Shown here in pieces: positions 38,949 to 52,974 of a DNA stretch of 64,000 bases (position 1 is the stretch's first letter; each line of letters opens with the position of its first letter). The notes under the pieces were generated by a model. It saw only the letters and a program-made list of their open reading frames with translations, made no database searches and had not been told where the DNA came from. The DNA lies in the NCBI GenBank assembly GCA_035275065.1, contig DATENM010000014.1:151178-215177 (forward strand). The letters run 5' to 3'. Both the position numbers and the translations under genes were made by a program. The stretch is from Blastocatellia bacterium. Lineage in GTDB: Bacteria; Acidobacteriota; Blastocatellia; UBA7656.

Positions 38949-39064
38949 GGGGAACGAGAGGCCAGGGACTGGGGGCTAGAGCCAGAAGAACAGCTGCGAT
39001 ACTAGTCGTCTCATGGTGACTTCGGGCATTAGCCTCTAGTCGCTGGCCGCTACTGGAGATACTG

Positions 39065-41592
<2,528 letters not shown>

Positions 41593-41599
41593 AGGGTTT

Positions 41600-44164
41600 A
41601 TGCTGCAAGACCTGCGTTACGGGCTGCGAATGATTCGCAAAGCGCCCGGCTTTACAGCCATCGCCGTGCTATCGCTGGCGCTCGGCATCGGCGCGAACAC
41701 GGCCTTGTTCAGCGTCGTTGACGCGATGCTGTTGAAGAAACTGCCGGTCAAAGAGCCTGAGCGGCTGGCGCTCCTTCAGGCGCAGTGGGGGAAGAATTTC
41801 AGCCCCGGCAGTTACAGCGGCAGCAACCAGCGCGACCCGGATACGGGTCTGACCGTCGGCACCTCTTTCCCTTTTCAAACCTATCAGCATTTGCGCGAGC
41901 AGGAGAGCGCCTTGTCCGAAGTCTTCGCCTTCTCGGATATGAGCTTCAATGTGAACGCCGACGGACAGGCCGAGGTCGCCTATGGCCAGGTGGTGTCAGG
42001 CAATTACTTTGAAGGGCTCGGCGTGCCGCCGCTCATCGGTCGCACGATCAGCGACGAAGACGACCGCGCCGGCGCCAGCCCCGTGGCGGTCATCAGCTAT
42101 CGCTACTGGCAGCGGCGCTTCAGCGGCGACCCGGCGGTCATCGACCGCCAGATCGACCTCAACAACATCGCTTTCACCATCGTCGGCGTTACCCCGGCAG
42201 GCTTCGATGGGACAGCGCAGGTCGGCTATTCCCTGGACGTCACCATTCCGCTTGCCTGGGAAGCCCAGATCACCCCTGAGCGTTCGAACATGAAGAATCA
42301 GGTGTGGTGGCTGCGCTTGATGGGGCGGCTGAAACCCGGCGCGACCTTCGAGCAGGCGCGCGCCGACCTGGAGACAGCCTTTACACAATCGGTGCTTGAG
42401 CATCGCCAGGCATATCAAGCGCAGCGGGTGGCCGAGGGGCGGCCGGCGGCCAAGCCGCTGGCCCCGGAAGATTATCCGCGCCTCGCGGTGGTCTCCGGCA
42501 GCCAGGGCGAGATGAACCTGCGGCAGTTCTACGCCAAGTCGCTTTACTTACTTTTGGGCGTTGTCGGCCTGGTGTTGCTGGTCGCCTGCGCCAACGTCGC
42601 CAATCTGCTGCTTGCCCGCGCCACGTCAAGGCAGAAAGAGATCGCCGTGCGGTTGGCGATGGGCGCGGGGCGCGGGCGACTCGTCCGTCAACTGCTGACT
42701 GAAAGCGTCCTGCTGGCGGTGATCGCCGGGGCGCTCGGCGTCTTGCTGGCCATGTGGATCAAGGACGGCTTGCTGGCCGTGAGCGATTGGGGCAGAGGGA
42801 TGAATGCTCTCAACCCGGCGCTCGACCTGCGCGTGCTCGGCTTCACGTTCCTGTTGTCGTTGCTGACCGGGCTGCTCTTCGGCATCGCGCCGGCCTGGCG
42901 CTCGACGCGGGTTGACCTGACGCCGGCGCTCAAAGACAGCGGCAGGGGTTCGAGCGCCGCGTCGCGTTCGTGGCTAAGCAAATCTTTGATCGTCGCACAG
43001 GTAGCCGTATCGCTGTTGTTGTTGATCGGCGCCGGCCTGCTGCTGCGCACTCTGCTCAACCTGCAAAAGGTCGAAGCCGGATTCAATCAACAGAACCTCT
43101 TGCTCTTCCGCATTGATCCCGGCCTGATCGGCTACAAAGCCGAGCGCCTGACGACGCTCTACAAAGACTTGTCCGAGCATATCGAAGCGGTGCCCGGCGT
43201 GCGCATCGCGACCTTCTCGCGCGTGCCGCTGCTGTCGCAAAGCATGAGCAGCCGCTCGGTAACGCTGCCGGGCGTCGCGCCGCCTGCGGAGGGCGAGCGC
43301 AGCCCGACTGACAACATCTACGTGCATACCGTGCGCGAAAACTTTCTCGAAGCCATGCAGATCCCCTTGCTCGCCGGTCGCAGCTTCACGGCGCATGACG
43401 ACACCACGGCGCCACGGGTCGCCATCGTCAATCAGACTTTCGCGAACCTTTGCTTCCCGGACGAAAGTCCCATCGGCAAACGCTTCGGCTTCGACCCGCG
43501 CAAGCCCGCGGAGATCGAGATCATCGGCCTCGCCCGCGATGCCAAATACGCCCGCCAGCGCGATGACATTCCGCCGACGATCTACGTCTCCTGGCAACAG
43601 GAGCTGCGCACCCTCAGCAGCGCCACCTTCGAGGTGCGCACCGTCGGCGAGCCGACGGCCACGGTCGCCGCCATTCGCCAGGCCGTGAGCGAGGTGGATG
43701 GCAACCTGCCGATCCATGACGTCAAGACGCAGGTTGAACAGTCCGAGCAGACGCTGGCGCAGGAGCGGCTGTTTGCGAAGCTGCTGACGATCTTCGGGCT
43801 GCTGGCGCAACAGCTCGCGGCCATCGGGTTGTATGGCGTGATGGCGTATGGCGTGGCACAGCGCCGGCACGAGATCGGTATCCGCATGGCACTGGGCGCG
43901 ACTTCGAGCGACGTGCTGAAGATGATCCTGCGGCAAGGCATGGGGTTGACGCTCGCGGGCATCGCGCTCGGCATCGTCAGCGCTTACGTGCTGACGAAAT
44001 ACTTGCAGAGCCTGACCAGCATGTTATACGGCGTGCGCGCCGCCGACCCGCTGACTTTCGCGGCAGTTGCCGTGTTGCTGGGGCTGGTGGCATTCGCCGC
44101 CTGTTACATCCCTGCGCGCCGTGCTACCCGCGTTGACCCAATGGTGGCGCTGCGATACGAATGA
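41600..44164 (+). CDS. ADOP-family permease, paralog 4
   Basis: N-terminus [23 protein letters not shown]...; C-terminus ...[17 protein letters not shown]. Confidence 0.85.
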   Translation: MLQDLRYGLRMIRKAPGFTAIAVLSLALGIGANTALFSVVDAMLLKKLPVKEPERLALLQAQWGKNFSPGSYSGSNQRDPDTGLTVGTSFPFQTYQHLREQESALSEVFAFSDMSFNVNADGQAEVAYGQVVSGNYFEGLGVPPLIGRTISDEDDRAGASPVAVISYRYWQRRFSGDPAVIDRQIDLNNIAFTIVGVTPAGFDGTAQVGYSLDVTIPLAWEAQITPERSNMKNQVWWLRLMGRLKPGATFEQARADLETAFTQSVLEHRQAYQAQRVAEGRPAAKPLAPEDYPRLAVVSGSQGEMNLRQFYAKSLYLLLGVVGLVLLVACANVANLLLARATSRQKEIAVRLAMGAGRGRLVRQLLTESVLLAVIAGALGVLLAMWIKDGLLAVSDWGRGMNALNPALDLRVLGFTFLLSLLTGLLFGIAPAWRSTRVDLTPALKDSGRGSSAASRSWLSKSLIVAQVAVSLLLLIGAGLLLRTLLNLQKVEAGFNQQNLLLFRIDPGLIGYKAERLTTLYKDLSEHIEAVPGVRIATFSRVPLLSQSMSSRSVTLPGVAPPAEGERSPTDNIYVHTVRENFLEAMQIPLLAGRSFTAHDDTTAPRVAIVNQTFANLCFPDESPIGKRFGFDPRKPAEIEIIGLARDAKYARQRDDIPPTIYVSWQQELRTLSSATFEVRTVGEPTATVAAIRQAVSEVDGNLPIHDVKTQVEQSEQTLAQERLFAKLLTIFGLLAQQLAAIGLYGVMAYGVAQRRHEIGIRMALGATSSDVLKMILRQGMGLTLAGIALGIVSAYVLTKYLQSLTSMLYGVRAADPLTFAAVAVLLGLVAFAACYIPARRATRVDPMVALRYE

Positions 44165-44165
44165 T

Positions 44166-44278
44166 CCAATTGCGGATTGCGGATTGGCGAACTTGTTCCT
44201 GAGTTTCATTTGATATTTGCGCCGTTAAGCTCTGAAGAAATCCGGGTTCCAGAATCCGCAATCCGCAATCCGCAATCG
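44166..44278. repeat. Heptamer-arm palindromic element, (GATTGCG)n / (CGCAATC)n family, copy 1
   Basis: ccaattgcggattgcggattggcg ... cagaatccgcaatccgcaatccgcaatcg. The loop shares cttgttcctgagtttcatttga and ttctgaaga.aatccg.ggttccag with the copy at 55421-55553. Confidence 0.8.
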
Positions 44279-44291
44279 AGAGAGGTGACGA

Positions 44292-46691
44292 ATGCAAACG
44301 ATGCTGCAAGACCTGCGATATGGGGCGCGCATGCTGCGCAAGAAGCCGGGCTTTACGCTGGTGGCGATCATTACACTGGCGCTTGGCATCGGCGCGAACA
44401 CGGCGATCTTCACGGTGATCTACGCGGTGCTGTTGCGTCCGCTGCCGTTTAACGAGCCCGACCGCGTGGTCTGGATGTGGGGCGCGGTGCGCGACCGCGT
44501 CAGCCGTGCCAGCGTCTCGCCGCTCGACTTCCTCGATTACCGCGCCCGCAATCAGAGCTTCGACGAATTCGCCGCCTCGATTTCGATTCCCATTTCATTC
44601 AACCTGACGGGCAGCGGCGAGCCCGAACGCCTGAGCGGCGCGGTGGTGACGACGAATTATTTCGCCGCGCTCGGCGTCAACCCGATGCTGGGGCGGGCCT
44701 TCATCAGCGAAGAAGAACAGGCGGGCCACGACCGCGTCATCATTCTCAGCCACGGCTTGTGGCAAAGGCGTTTCGGCGCCGACCCGGCGATCATTGATCG
44801 TACCCTCACCCTCGACGGCCAGAGCCTCACGGTCATCGGCGTTATGCCGCCGAAGATACGCTTCCCATACGACGCCGACCTGTGGCGGCCTATGAGCTTC
44901 GATGCGGCTCCCGAAATGAAGCAGCGACGCGCGCACTTCTTGCGTCCCCTCGGGCGGCTCAAGGCGGGCGTCACCGTGCAGCAGGCGCAGGCCGAGATAG
45001 ACACCATCGCCGGTCAATTAGAAGCGCAATACCCGGAGACCAATACCAAGTGGTCGATGTTGCTGGTGCCGCTTCAAGAGCGCATCGTTGGCGACATTCG
45101 TCCGACGCTCTGGGTGCTGCTCGGCGCGGTCGCCTTCGTGCTGCTGATCGCTTGTAGCAACGTGGCGAACCTGCTGCTGGCGCGCGCCTCGTCGCGCCAG
45201 AGAGAGATTGCCATCCGCCTGGCTATGGGCGCGAGTCGCTGGCGCATCGTCCGGCAGATGCTGACTGAGAGTCTCGTACTTGCGTTCGCCGGCGGCGTGC
45301 TTGGCATCTTGCTGGCGTGGTGGGGCGTTGACATTCTGCTCAGCTTCAGCGACGCGAGCATCCCGCGGGCCGCCGAGATCGGCGTTAACGCGACCGTGCT
45401 CGTCTTCACGCTGGCCGTTTCACTGATCACCGGCACCCTCTTCGGGTTGGTGCCTGCGTTGGGGGCCTCGCGGCCTGACCTGCACGACACGCTCAAAGAG
45501 GGCAGCCGCAGCGTCAGCGGCGCGCGCCACCGATTGCGCAGCCTGCTGGTGATTGCCGAAAGCGCCCTGGCGGTAGTGCTGCTGATCGGCGCCGGCTTGC
45601 TGATTAAGAGCTTCGTCAAGCTGCAACAGGTCGGCCCCGGCTTTGAAGCGGAGCACGTCTTGACGATGCGCCTCGACCTGCCGCGCAGCAAGTCCGCCGA
45701 GCAGGTGGCAGATTTCTATGACCAGCTACAACAGCGCGTCGCGGGGCTGGCCGGCGTCGAAGCGGTCGGCATGGTGTCAGAGCTGCCTTTGACCGGCCAG
45801 CCCAATGACGCGCCGTTCGCTATCGAAGGGCGCACCCTCGAAGCTCCCGACCAGAGGCCCAACGCCGATTTCCGCCGCGTCAATCACGACTACTTCCGGG
45901 CCTTGCGCATCCCGCTGCTCAAGGGGCGACAGTTCACCGAGCAAGAAGCGCGTCAGGGCGCGGGCGTGGCGATCATCAGTGAGCGGCTGGCGCAGCAGTA
46001 CTTCCCCGATGAAGAACCGCTAGGCAAGTATCTAGCGTTTGACTTCAACAAGCAGCTGCGATTTGAAATCGTCGGCATCGTCGGCGACGTGCGCCATCGG
46101 GCGCTGGCGCAAGACACCTACCCGGCGTTGTACGTGCCGTCGCTTTCGATCCCGTGGACGAATCTGGTCATCCGCTCGGCGAATGATCCGGCAAACCTTG
46201 CCGCCGCCGTGCGCAAAGAGGTCGGCGCGCTCGATGCGCAGCAACCGATTGCGGCGATCAAGCCGATGGCGCAATGGCTCTCGGAATCGGTCGCGCAGCC
46301 GCGCTTCCGCACCCTCTTGCTCGGTGTCTTTGCGGCCATCGCGCTGCTGCTTTCGGTGATCGGCATCTACGGCGTGATGAGTTATGTGGTCGCGCAGCGG
46401 ACACGCGAGGTCGGCATTCGCATGGCGCTCGGCGCCAGCCGCCGCGACGTGCTGAGACTGGTCGTCGGACAGGGTATGAAGCTGGCGATTGCGGGCGTCG
46501 CCCTCGGCCTGGGGGCCGCCTATGGCCTGACGCGATTGCTGGCGAGCCTGCTCTACGAAGTGAGCGCCACAGACCCCGCGACCTTTATCGCCATCGCCTT
46601 GCTGCTGGCAGGAGTGGCTCTGGCAGCCTGTTTCGTGCCGGCTCGCCGCGCCACGAAGGTAGACCCGATGGTGGCGCTGCGCTACGAATAG
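44292..46691 (+). CDS. ADOP-family permease, paralog 5
   Basis: N-terminus [26 protein letters not shown]...; C-terminus ...[17 protein letters not shown]. Confidence 0.85.
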   Translation: MQTMLQDLRYGARMLRKKPGFTLVAIITLALGIGANTAIFTVIYAVLLRPLPFNEPDRVVWMWGAVRDRVSRASVSPLDFLDYRARNQSFDEFAASISIPISFNLTGSGEPERLSGAVVTTNYFAALGVNPMLGRAFISEEEQAGHDRVIILSHGLWQRRFGADPAIIDRTLTLDGQSLTVIGVMPPKIRFPYDADLWRPMSFDAAPEMKQRRAHFLRPLGRLKAGVTVQQAQAEIDTIAGQLEAQYPETNTKWSMLLVPLQERIVGDIRPTLWVLLGAVAFVLLIACSNVANLLLARASSRQREIAIRLAMGASRWRIVRQMLTESLVLAFAGGVLGILLAWWGVDILLSFSDASIPRAAEIGVNATVLVFTLAVSLITGTLFGLVPALGASRPDLHDTLKEGSRSVSGARHRLRSLLVIAESALAVVLLIGAGLLIKSFVKLQQVGPGFEAEHVLTMRLDLPRSKSAEQVADFYDQLQQRVAGLAGVEAVGMVSELPLTGQPNDAPFAIEGRTLEAPDQRPNADFRRVNHDYFRALRIPLLKGRQFTEQEARQGAGVAIISERLAQQYFPDEEPLGKYLAFDFNKQLRFEIVGIVGDVRHRALAQDTYPALYVPSLSIPWTNLVIRSANDPANLAAAVRKEVGALDAQQPIAAIKPMAQWLSESVAQPRFRTLLLGVFAAIALLLSVIGIYGVMSYVVAQRTREVGIRMALGASRRDVLRLVVGQGMKLAIAGVALGLGAAYGLTRLLASLLYEVSATDPATFIAIALLLAGVALAACFVPARRATKVDPMVALRYE

Positions 46692-46806
46692 AAGTCAGGA
46701 GTCAGGAGTCAGAAGTCAGAATAAAAGCGGCGGCGGACAAGCGTACTCGCTGCCGCCGACTTCCCTTTCCATTCCGACTCCTGACTCCTGACTCCTGGCT
46801 CCCTGG
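46691..46806. repeat. (GGAGTCA)n palindromic element, copy 2
   Basis: gaagtcaggagtcaggagtcagaagtcagaat-aaaagcggcggcgg...ccgacttccctttccattc-cgactcctgactcctgactcctggctccctgg, then GGAGG and the ATG at 46814. Confidence 0.8.
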
Positions 46807-46813
46807 AGGATTT

Positions 46814-49222
46814 ATGCAAACACTGCTGCAAGACATTCGCTACGGGGCGCGCATGCTGATGCGCAACCCGACCTTCACCGCCGTCGCGGTCGTCGCCCTG
46901 GCTTTAGGTATCGGCGCCAACGCGGCGATCTTCTCGGTCGTCAACGCCGTGTTGCTCCGTCCGCTGCCCTATGCGGAGCCGGATCGCTTGATGATGATCC
47001 GCGAGACCAAGTTGCCGCAGTTCCCCGAATTCTCTGTCGCGCCCGGCAACTTTCTCGAATGGCAGAAACAGAACACCGTCTTCGAGCGCCTGGTGGCAAT
47101 CAACAGTAGCGCCTTCAACCTGATCGGCGCGGGCGAGCCTGAGCGGCTGCAAGGGCAGCGCGTCAGCGACGGTTTCTTCGCTATGCTCGGCGCCAAGCCG
47201 GCGCTCGGTCGTGACTTTCTCGCCGAAGAAGACCAGCCCGGACACAACCAGGTCGTGATCATCAGTCATGGCTTATGGCAGCGGCGCTTCGGCGGCGACC
47301 CGAATGTCCTGGGCCAGGCCATCACGCTCAATGGATTGAGCTACACCATCATCGGCGTGATGCCGCCGGACTTTCGCTATGGTGGTCAGACGACTGAGTT
47401 GTGGACGCCTGTGGGGTTCACCGCCGATCAAGCGCAGCAGCACGGCGCGCATTATATCGGCGTCGTCGGGCGGCTCAAGCCGGGTGTCACGGTCGAGCAG
47501 GCGCGCACCGAGATGGTCGCCATCGCCGCACGGCTGTCCGAACAATTTCCCGGCCCGCTCACGGGTTGGAGCGTCAGGGTTGAGCCGATGCTCGACTACA
47601 CCGTCCGCAGCATCAAGCTGGCGCTCTATGTATTGTTGGGCGCGGTCGGCTTCGTCCTGTTGATCGCCTGCGCCAACGTCGCCAACTTGCTGATGGCGCG
47701 CGCCACCTCGCGGCAGAAAGAGATCGCCGTGCGCACAGCGCTTGGCGCGAGCCGCTGGCGCATCGTCCGCCAGTTGCTGACCGAAAGCGTGCTGCTCGCC
47801 GTGATCGGCGGCGTGATCGGCATGGTGCTCGCCGTCTGGGGCAAAGACCTGCTGCTGTCGCTTGCGCCCGAAGACCTGCCGCGCGTGCGCGACGCGGCGC
47901 TCGACGGCTGGGTGCTCGCCTTCACCGGCGGCATCACGCTGCTGACCGGCTTGATCTTCGGAGTGGTGCCGGCGTTGCAAGCGTCAAAGCCGAACCTCAA
48001 CGAGACGTTGAAAGACGCCGGGCGCGGCTCAACCGAAGGCGGTCACCGCCACTTGATTCGCAGCCTGCTGGTCATCCTTGAAGTCGCGACGGCGCTGGTG
48101 CTGCTGGTCGGCGCGGGCTTACTGATCAAGAGCTTTCTGCGCTTGCAGAATGTCGACCCCGGTTTCAATCCCGACAACGCCTTGATGGTGAAGATCGCGC
48201 TGCCGGGCAAGAAATACAACGAGCCGGATCAGCAGGCCGCTTTCTATAATCAGCTGCTCGAAAAAGTTTCGCAGTTGCCCGGCGTCGAGGCCGCCGGCGC
48301 GGCGGTCGTCCTGCCGCTCGACAACGACTTCCTGCTCGGCTTCGAGATCGAAGGCCGCCCGCCGCTGCCCGCCGATCAGGATCAGAGCACGAACTACTAC
48401 TCGGTGACGCCAGGTTACTTTAAAGCGATGGGCATCCCGCTGCGCCGTGGGCGACTGTTCGACGACCGCGACCGCAAGAACGCGACGCGCGTCATCATCA
48501 TCAACGAGGAGATGGCGCGACGACTCTTCCCCGACGAAGACCCGCTCGGCAAGCGCATCCATGTGACGATGGGCGAGAAGCTTTATCGTGAAGTCGTCGG
48601 CGTCGTCGGCGACGTCAAGCAGAATGGGTTGGATCAGAAGACGCCGCTTGAAACCTACGAGCCGTTCGCGCAACAGCCGTTCTCATCAATGTCGCTGGTC
48701 GTCCGCGCCGCCGGCGACCCGACCGCGTTGAGCAATGCCATTCGCGGTGAAGTATTGAGCATTGACAAAGACCAGCCGGTCTCAAGCATCAAGCCGCTCA
48801 CCGAACTGGTGCGCTCGTCCATCGCGCAGCAGCGTTTCGCGATGTTGTTGCTGGGCGTCTTTGCGGCGGTGGCGATGTTGTTGGCGGTGGTCGGTATTTA
48901 TGGCGTGATGTCGTATTCGGTGACGCAACGCACGCACGAGATCGGCATCCGCATGGCCCTGGGCGCGAGTCCGCGCAACGTGCTGCGGCTGGTCGTCGGG
49001 CACGGGATGCGGCTGGCATTGATCGGCGTGGCGCTCGGATTGAGCATCGCCTTCCTGGTGACGCGCATCATGGCGAGCTTGCTATTCGGCGTCAGCGCCA
49101 CCGACCTGATGACCTTCACCGTCTTTTCCGTATCGTTGACCGCCGTGGCGCTGGTCGCCTGCCTGGTGCCGGCTCGCCGCGCCTTGAAGGTAGACCCGAT
49201 GGTGGCGCTGCGCTACGAATAG
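46814..49222 (+). CDS. ADOP-family permease, paralog 6
   Basis: True start [26 protein letters not shown], with GGAGG 5 nt upstream. The ORF-track N-terminal extension to 46274 runs through the intergenic palindrome and the 3' end of paralog 5 and is rejected. Confidence 0.85.
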   Translation: MQTLLQDIRYGARMLMRNPTFTAVAVVALALGIGANAAIFSVVNAVLLRPLPYAEPDRLMMIRETKLPQFPEFSVAPGNFLEWQKQNTVFERLVAINSSAFNLIGAGEPERLQGQRVSDGFFAMLGAKPALGRDFLAEEDQPGHNQVVIISHGLWQRRFGGDPNVLGQAITLNGLSYTIIGVMPPDFRYGGQTTELWTPVGFTADQAQQHGAHYIGVVGRLKPGVTVEQARTEMVAIAARLSEQFPGPLTGWSVRVEPMLDYTVRSIKLALYVLLGAVGFVLLIACANVANLLMARATSRQKEIAVRTALGASRWRIVRQLLTESVLLAVIGGVIGMVLAVWGKDLLLSLAPEDLPRVRDAALDGWVLAFTGGITLLTGLIFGVVPALQASKPNLNETLKDAGRGSTEGGHRHLIRSLLVILEVATALVLLVGAGLLIKSFLRLQNVDPGFNPDNALMVKIALPGKKYNEPDQQAAFYNQLLEKVSQLPGVEAAGAAVVLPLDNDFLLGFEIEGRPPLPADQDQSTNYYSVTPGYFKAMGIPLRRGRLFDDRDRKNATRVIIINEEMARRLFPDEDPLGKRIHVTMGEKLYREVVGVVGDVKQNGLDQKTPLETYEPFAQQPFSSMSLVVRAAGDPTALSNAIRGEVLSIDKDQPVSSIKPLTELVRSSIAQQRFAMLLLGVFAAVAMLLAVVGIYGVMSYSVTQRTHEIGIRMALGASPRNVLRLVVGHGMRLALIGVALGLSIAFLVTRIMASLLFGVSATDLMTFTVFSVSLTAVALVACLVPARRALKVDPMVALRYE

Positions 49223-49307
49223 AAGTCAGGAGCCAGGAGTCAGAAGTCAGAATAAAAGCGGCGGCGATAGCCGACTTCCCTTTCCATTCTGACTCCTGAC
49301 TCCCTGG
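49222..49307. repeat. (GGAGTCA)n palindromic element, copy 3
   Basis: gaagtcaggagccaggagtcagaagtcagaataaaagcggcggcgatagccgacttccctttccattctgactcctgactccctgg. Confidence 0.8.
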
Positions 49308-49314
49308 AGGATTT

Positions 49315-51774
49315 ATGCAAACACTGCTGCAAGACATTCGCTACGGTGTGCGCGTGCTGCTGAAGGGACGCACGGTGACCTTCGTCGCCATCGTCGCGCT
49401 GGCGTTGGGGATCGGCGCCAATACGGCCATCTTCTCGGTCGTCAACGCGCTGCTGTTTCGTAGCCTGCCTTACCAAAACCCTGAGCGCCTGGTGATGATC
49501 TGGGAGACCAACTCCGAAGTGCAGATCGGCTTCGACCTGCTGCCGGTCTCGAACGCCGCCTTCGCCGACTGGCACAATCAAGCGCAGTCGTTTGAAGCCG
49601 TCTCGGTGCTCGATTCGCAGCGCTATGCCTTCACCGGCGCGGGCCAGCCCGAGCGCATTGGCGGCGTTTCGACGTCGGCCAGCTTCTTCGACGTGATGGG
49701 CGTGTCGCCGATGCTGGGCCGCGCCTACACCGAAGACGAAGACCGCCCCGGCGCTAATAAAGTCGCGGTCATCAGCTACGCGCTATGGCAGAGCCGTTTC
49801 GGCGGTGACAAGGAAATCTGCGGTAGGACGATGCAGCTCGACGGCAGCAATTACACGATCCTCGGTGTGATGCCGCAAGGTTTTCAGTTCCCCCGCGCCA
49901 CCGATTTGCCGTCGCTCTTTCAATTGCCGCCGCAAACCGAGCTGTGGACGCCCGCCGGGATGAGCGACAAACAGCTGGCGAATCGCGGCAGCCATAACAA
50001 AGCAGTGATCGCGCGGTTGAAGGCCGGCGTCGGTCCCGAGCAAGCGCAATCAGAGTTAGACGCCATCACCAGTCGCAACCTTCAGCAGTTCCCCGAATCG
50101 CAGGGCTGGGGGTCGCGCCTCATGCCGCTGAAGGAACAGCTCGTCGGCGGCCTGCGCCTCGCGCTGTTGATCCTGCTCGGCGCGGTCGGCCTCGTCCTCT
50201 TGATCGCCTGCGCCAACGTCGCCAACCTCTTGCTCGCCCGCGCCGCATCAAGGCAGAAAGAGATGGCCGTGCGCACGGCATTGGGCGCCAGCCGTGCCCG
50301 CCTCGTCCGCCAATTGTTGACCGAGAGCGTGCTGCTGGCCATCGTCGGCGGCGGCATCGCCGTGCTGCTGGCGGTCTGGGGCATTGACCTGTTGCTGGCG
50401 GTCAGCCCCGCCGGCATCCCGCGCAAATATGAGATTCGGCTCGACGGCGCGGCACTCGCGTTTACCTTCACTGTCGCCTTGATTACCGGTGTGCTGTTCG
50501 GGCTGGCGCCGGCGTTTCAGGTCTCGCGCTTCAATCTGAACGAGACCTTGAAAGAAGGGGCGCGCGGCTCGACCGGCAGCCGCAACCGCGTCCGCAGCCT
50601 GCTGGTCGTCTCAGAGGTGGCGCTGTCACTCGTCCTGCTGATCGGCGCGGGCTTGCTGATTCGCAGCTTCGCGCACCTGATGAGCACCGACCCCGGATTC
50701 AATCCGCGCAACGTTGCGGCGATGAACCTCTCGGCCTCGTCATCACAATACGACGCAACCGCCAGGCAGGTGCGCTTCTTCAAGCAGGTGCTTGAGAAGG
50801 TCAGGGCGATTCCCGGCGTCGTCGCGGCGGGCGCGGTGTCGGAGCTGCCGCTGGGCGGCGCTGAAGAGATTGACCAATTCACCGTCGAAGGCGCGCCGCC
50901 GCCAAAGACCTTGAACGACACGCCGCTCGCCGACTATCGCTTCATTGATGCAGACTACTTAAAGACGCTGGAGATTCCCCTGGTTGCGGGCCGCGCTTTC
51001 ACCGAATACGACAACGAAACCGCGCCGCAGGTGGTCATCATCGGCGAGACCCTGGCGCGGCGTTACTTCGGCGACCAGCCCGCCGTCGGCAAGCGATTGA
51101 AAGCCGGCGCGCTCGAAGACGAAGCGCCGTGGGCAACGATTGTCGGCGTCGTCAAAGACATCAAGCACACGGGGCTCGACGCCGACATTCGACCGCAGCT
51201 CTACTTCCCTTACCAACAGAAACTCTGGGGGAGGATGGTCATCGTCGCGCGCTCGACGACTGACGCGGCGGGCCTCTTCCCGGCAATGCGCGAAGCCGTC
51301 TGGGCGGTGGATAAAGATCAGCCCATCACCAGCCTGCGGACCATGACCGATTTCTTGAGCGATTCGGTGTCGCAGCAACGCTTCAACGCCGCGCTGCTGG
51401 CGGCCTTCGCCGTGCTGGCGCTGATCCTCGCGTCGGTGGGCATCTACGGCGTGATGAGCTATTCGGTGACGCAGCGCACGCACGAGCTAGGCATCCGCAT
51501 GGCGCTCGGCGCAAAGCCGCGGGATGTATTTCGGATGGTGGTCATGGAAGGCATGCGGTTGGCGATGGCGGGCGTCGGCGTCGGCATCGGTCTGGCGGGA
51601 GCATTTGCGGCGACACGCGTGATGGCCAGCCTGTTGTTCGGCGTCAGCGCCACCGACCCATTGACCTTCGCGCTGATTTCACTGATCCTGACAGGAGTGG
51701 CTCTGGCGGCCTGTTTCGTGCCCGCACGCCGCGCCACTCGCGTAGACCCGATGATCGCACTCAGGTATGAGTAG
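49315..51774 (+). CDS. ADOP-family permease, paralog 7
   Basis: N-terminus [27 protein letters not shown]...; C-terminus ...[17 protein letters not shown]. Confidence 0.85.
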   Translation: MQTLLQDIRYGVRVLLKGRTVTFVAIVALALGIGANTAIFSVVNALLFRSLPYQNPERLVMIWETNSEVQIGFDLLPVSNAAFADWHNQAQSFEAVSVLDSQRYAFTGAGQPERIGGVSTSASFFDVMGVSPMLGRAYTEDEDRPGANKVAVISYALWQSRFGGDKEICGRTMQLDGSNYTILGVMPQGFQFPRATDLPSLFQLPPQTELWTPAGMSDKQLANRGSHNKAVIARLKAGVGPEQAQSELDAITSRNLQQFPESQGWGSRLMPLKEQLVGGLRLALLILLGAVGLVLLIACANVANLLLARAASRQKEMAVRTALGASRARLVRQLLTESVLLAIVGGGIAVLLAVWGIDLLLAVSPAGIPRKYEIRLDGAALAFTFTVALITGVLFGLAPAFQVSRFNLNETLKEGARGSTGSRNRVRSLLVVSEVALSLVLLIGAGLLIRSFAHLMSTDPGFNPRNVAAMNLSASSSQYDATARQVRFFKQVLEKVRAIPGVVAAGAVSELPLGGAEEIDQFTVEGAPPPKTLNDTPLADYRFIDADYLKTLEIPLVAGRAFTEYDNETAPQVVIIGETLARRYFGDQPAVGKRLKAGALEDEAPWATIVGVVKDIKHTGLDADIRPQLYFPYQQKLWGRMVIVARSTTDAAGLFPAMREAVWAVDKDQPITSLRTMTDFLSDSVSQQRFNAALLAAFAVLALILASVGIYGVMSYSVTQRTHELGIRMALGAKPRDVFRMVVMEGMRLAMAGVGVGIGLAGAFAATRVMASLLFGVSATDPLTFALISLILTGVALAACFVPARRATRVDPMIALRYE

Positions 51775-51796
51775 CGCGCTTTCTAGGAGGCTCGTT

Positions 51797-52957
51797 ATGA
51801 TGAGCGACACGACAACGCATCGCCGCGCCCGCCTGGCGCTGGGCCTCGTGACCGTCGCCCTGCTCATGGGCTGGGCAAGCGGGCGCGCCGGCGCCCAGGC
51901 CGACAAGCCAGCCGAGCAGATGAGCAAGAACATCCAGGTGTTCAAGGGGCTGCCCGCTTCGCAGCTCATGACCGTCATGCAATTCATGCGGGCGTCGCTC
52001 GGCGTCCGCTGCGATTACTGCCACATCGCCGAGAACGGCAAGTACTGGATGGACGACAAGCCCGCCAAGCAGACGGCGCGGCGCATGATTCAGATGGTCC
52101 GCGAGATCAACCGGGCCAACTTCGATGGCCGGGCTGTCGTCACATGTAATTCTTGCCACAGGGGGCAGACGACGCCGGTGGCGGTGCCAGACATCAGCCA
52201 GGGGGCATTCGCCAACACCACGCGGGCCGACCCCGGTCCCGCACGGCCTTCGCCGCTGCCGACCGTGGAGGCGCTGCTCGGCAAATACCGCCAGGCCCTT
52301 GCCGGCAAGGCGGCGGTTGAGAGCATCCAGACGCGGGTCAGCAAGATCACCTGGATGAGGCCGAAGCTCGTGAACGTCGGCACGCCGAGCGCGGCGTCGA
52401 TTCCGCGCGCCGAGCCCTGGGCGATGGAGCTTTATCAGAAGGCCCCGGACAAGTATCTCGCGGTAATCACGTCGCCGAACGGCGTGATCTACCAGGGCTT
52501 CAACGGCACCACCGGCTGGATCAAGACGCCCGAGGGGCAGCGCGAGCTGAACGCCCAGGAGTTGGCCCGCGTGCGCCGCCTGGCCGATCTGTTCAGCGGC
52601 TTGCGGCTGCGGGAGCAATTCGCCAGTGTGGCCGTGACCGGCAAGCAGAGCATCGACGGGCGCGACACCTACGTAGTCGAGGCGGTGGCCGCCGACGGGC
52701 ACGGCGAGAAGTTTTTCTTCGACGCCCGGACCGGCCTGCTGCGGCGACGGCTCGTGCTGACCCCGGCCCCGTTCGGCCAGGACCCCGAGCAGACCGACTA
52801 CGAGGATTACCGCGAAGTCGGCGGCGTCAGGCTGCCGTTCAACGTCGTCTTCTCCTATCTGGACGACAACCACTATGGCACGGCACGCCGGTACACCGAG
52901 GTCAAACACAACCTTCCGTTGGACGACGCTCAGTTCGACCCACCAGTCAGGAAATAA
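51797..52957 (+). CDS. Periplasmic c-type cytochrome (two CxxCH motifs; PRC-type cytochrome-c-like N-domain) fused to a C-terminal beta-rich, possibly LolA-like domain
   Basis: AGGAGG lies 6 nt before the ATG at 51797. An in-frame alternative ATG at 51767 would overlap the paralog-7 stop. There is a signal peptide (RRARLALGLVTVALLMGWASGRAGAQA). The heme motifs are CDYCH and CNSCH. The NIQVFKGLPASQLMTVMQFMRASLGVRCDYCH string matches my recollection of the photosynthetic-reaction-centre cytochrome-c family signature. Confidence 0.6.
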   Translation: MMSDTTTHRRARLALGLVTVALLMGWASGRAGAQADKPAEQMSKNIQVFKGLPASQLMTVMQFMRASLGVRCDYCHIAENGKYWMDDKPAKQTARRMIQMVREINRANFDGRAVVTCNSCHRGQTTPVAVPDISQGAFANTTRADPGPARPSPLPTVEALLGKYRQALAGKAAVESIQTRVSKITWMRPKLVNVGTPSAASIPRAEPWAMELYQKAPDKYLAVITSPNGVIYQGFNGTTGWIKTPEGQRELNAQELARVRRLADLFSGLRLREQFASVAVTGKQSIDGRDTYVVEAVAADGHGEKFFFDARTGLLRRRLVLTPAPFGQDPEQTDYEDYREVGGVRLPFNVVFSYLDDNHYGTARRYTEVKHNLPLDDAQFDPPVRK

Positions 52958-52974
52958 GGAGGCTAGATCACGTC

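Noticed and set aside
38949-39064. Heptamer palindrome expected between ADOP paralogs 2 and 3
   Set aside because: Only weak partial symmetry (ctagag/ctctag) is present and there are no tandem heptamers. This junction appears to lack an element.
46274-46813. ORF-track N-terminal extension of ADOP paralog 6 back to 46274
   Set aside because: The extension runs through the intergenic heptamer palindrome and the 3' end of paralog 5 in another frame. The conserved family start [11 protein letters not shown], with GGAGG 5 nt upstream, is at 46814.
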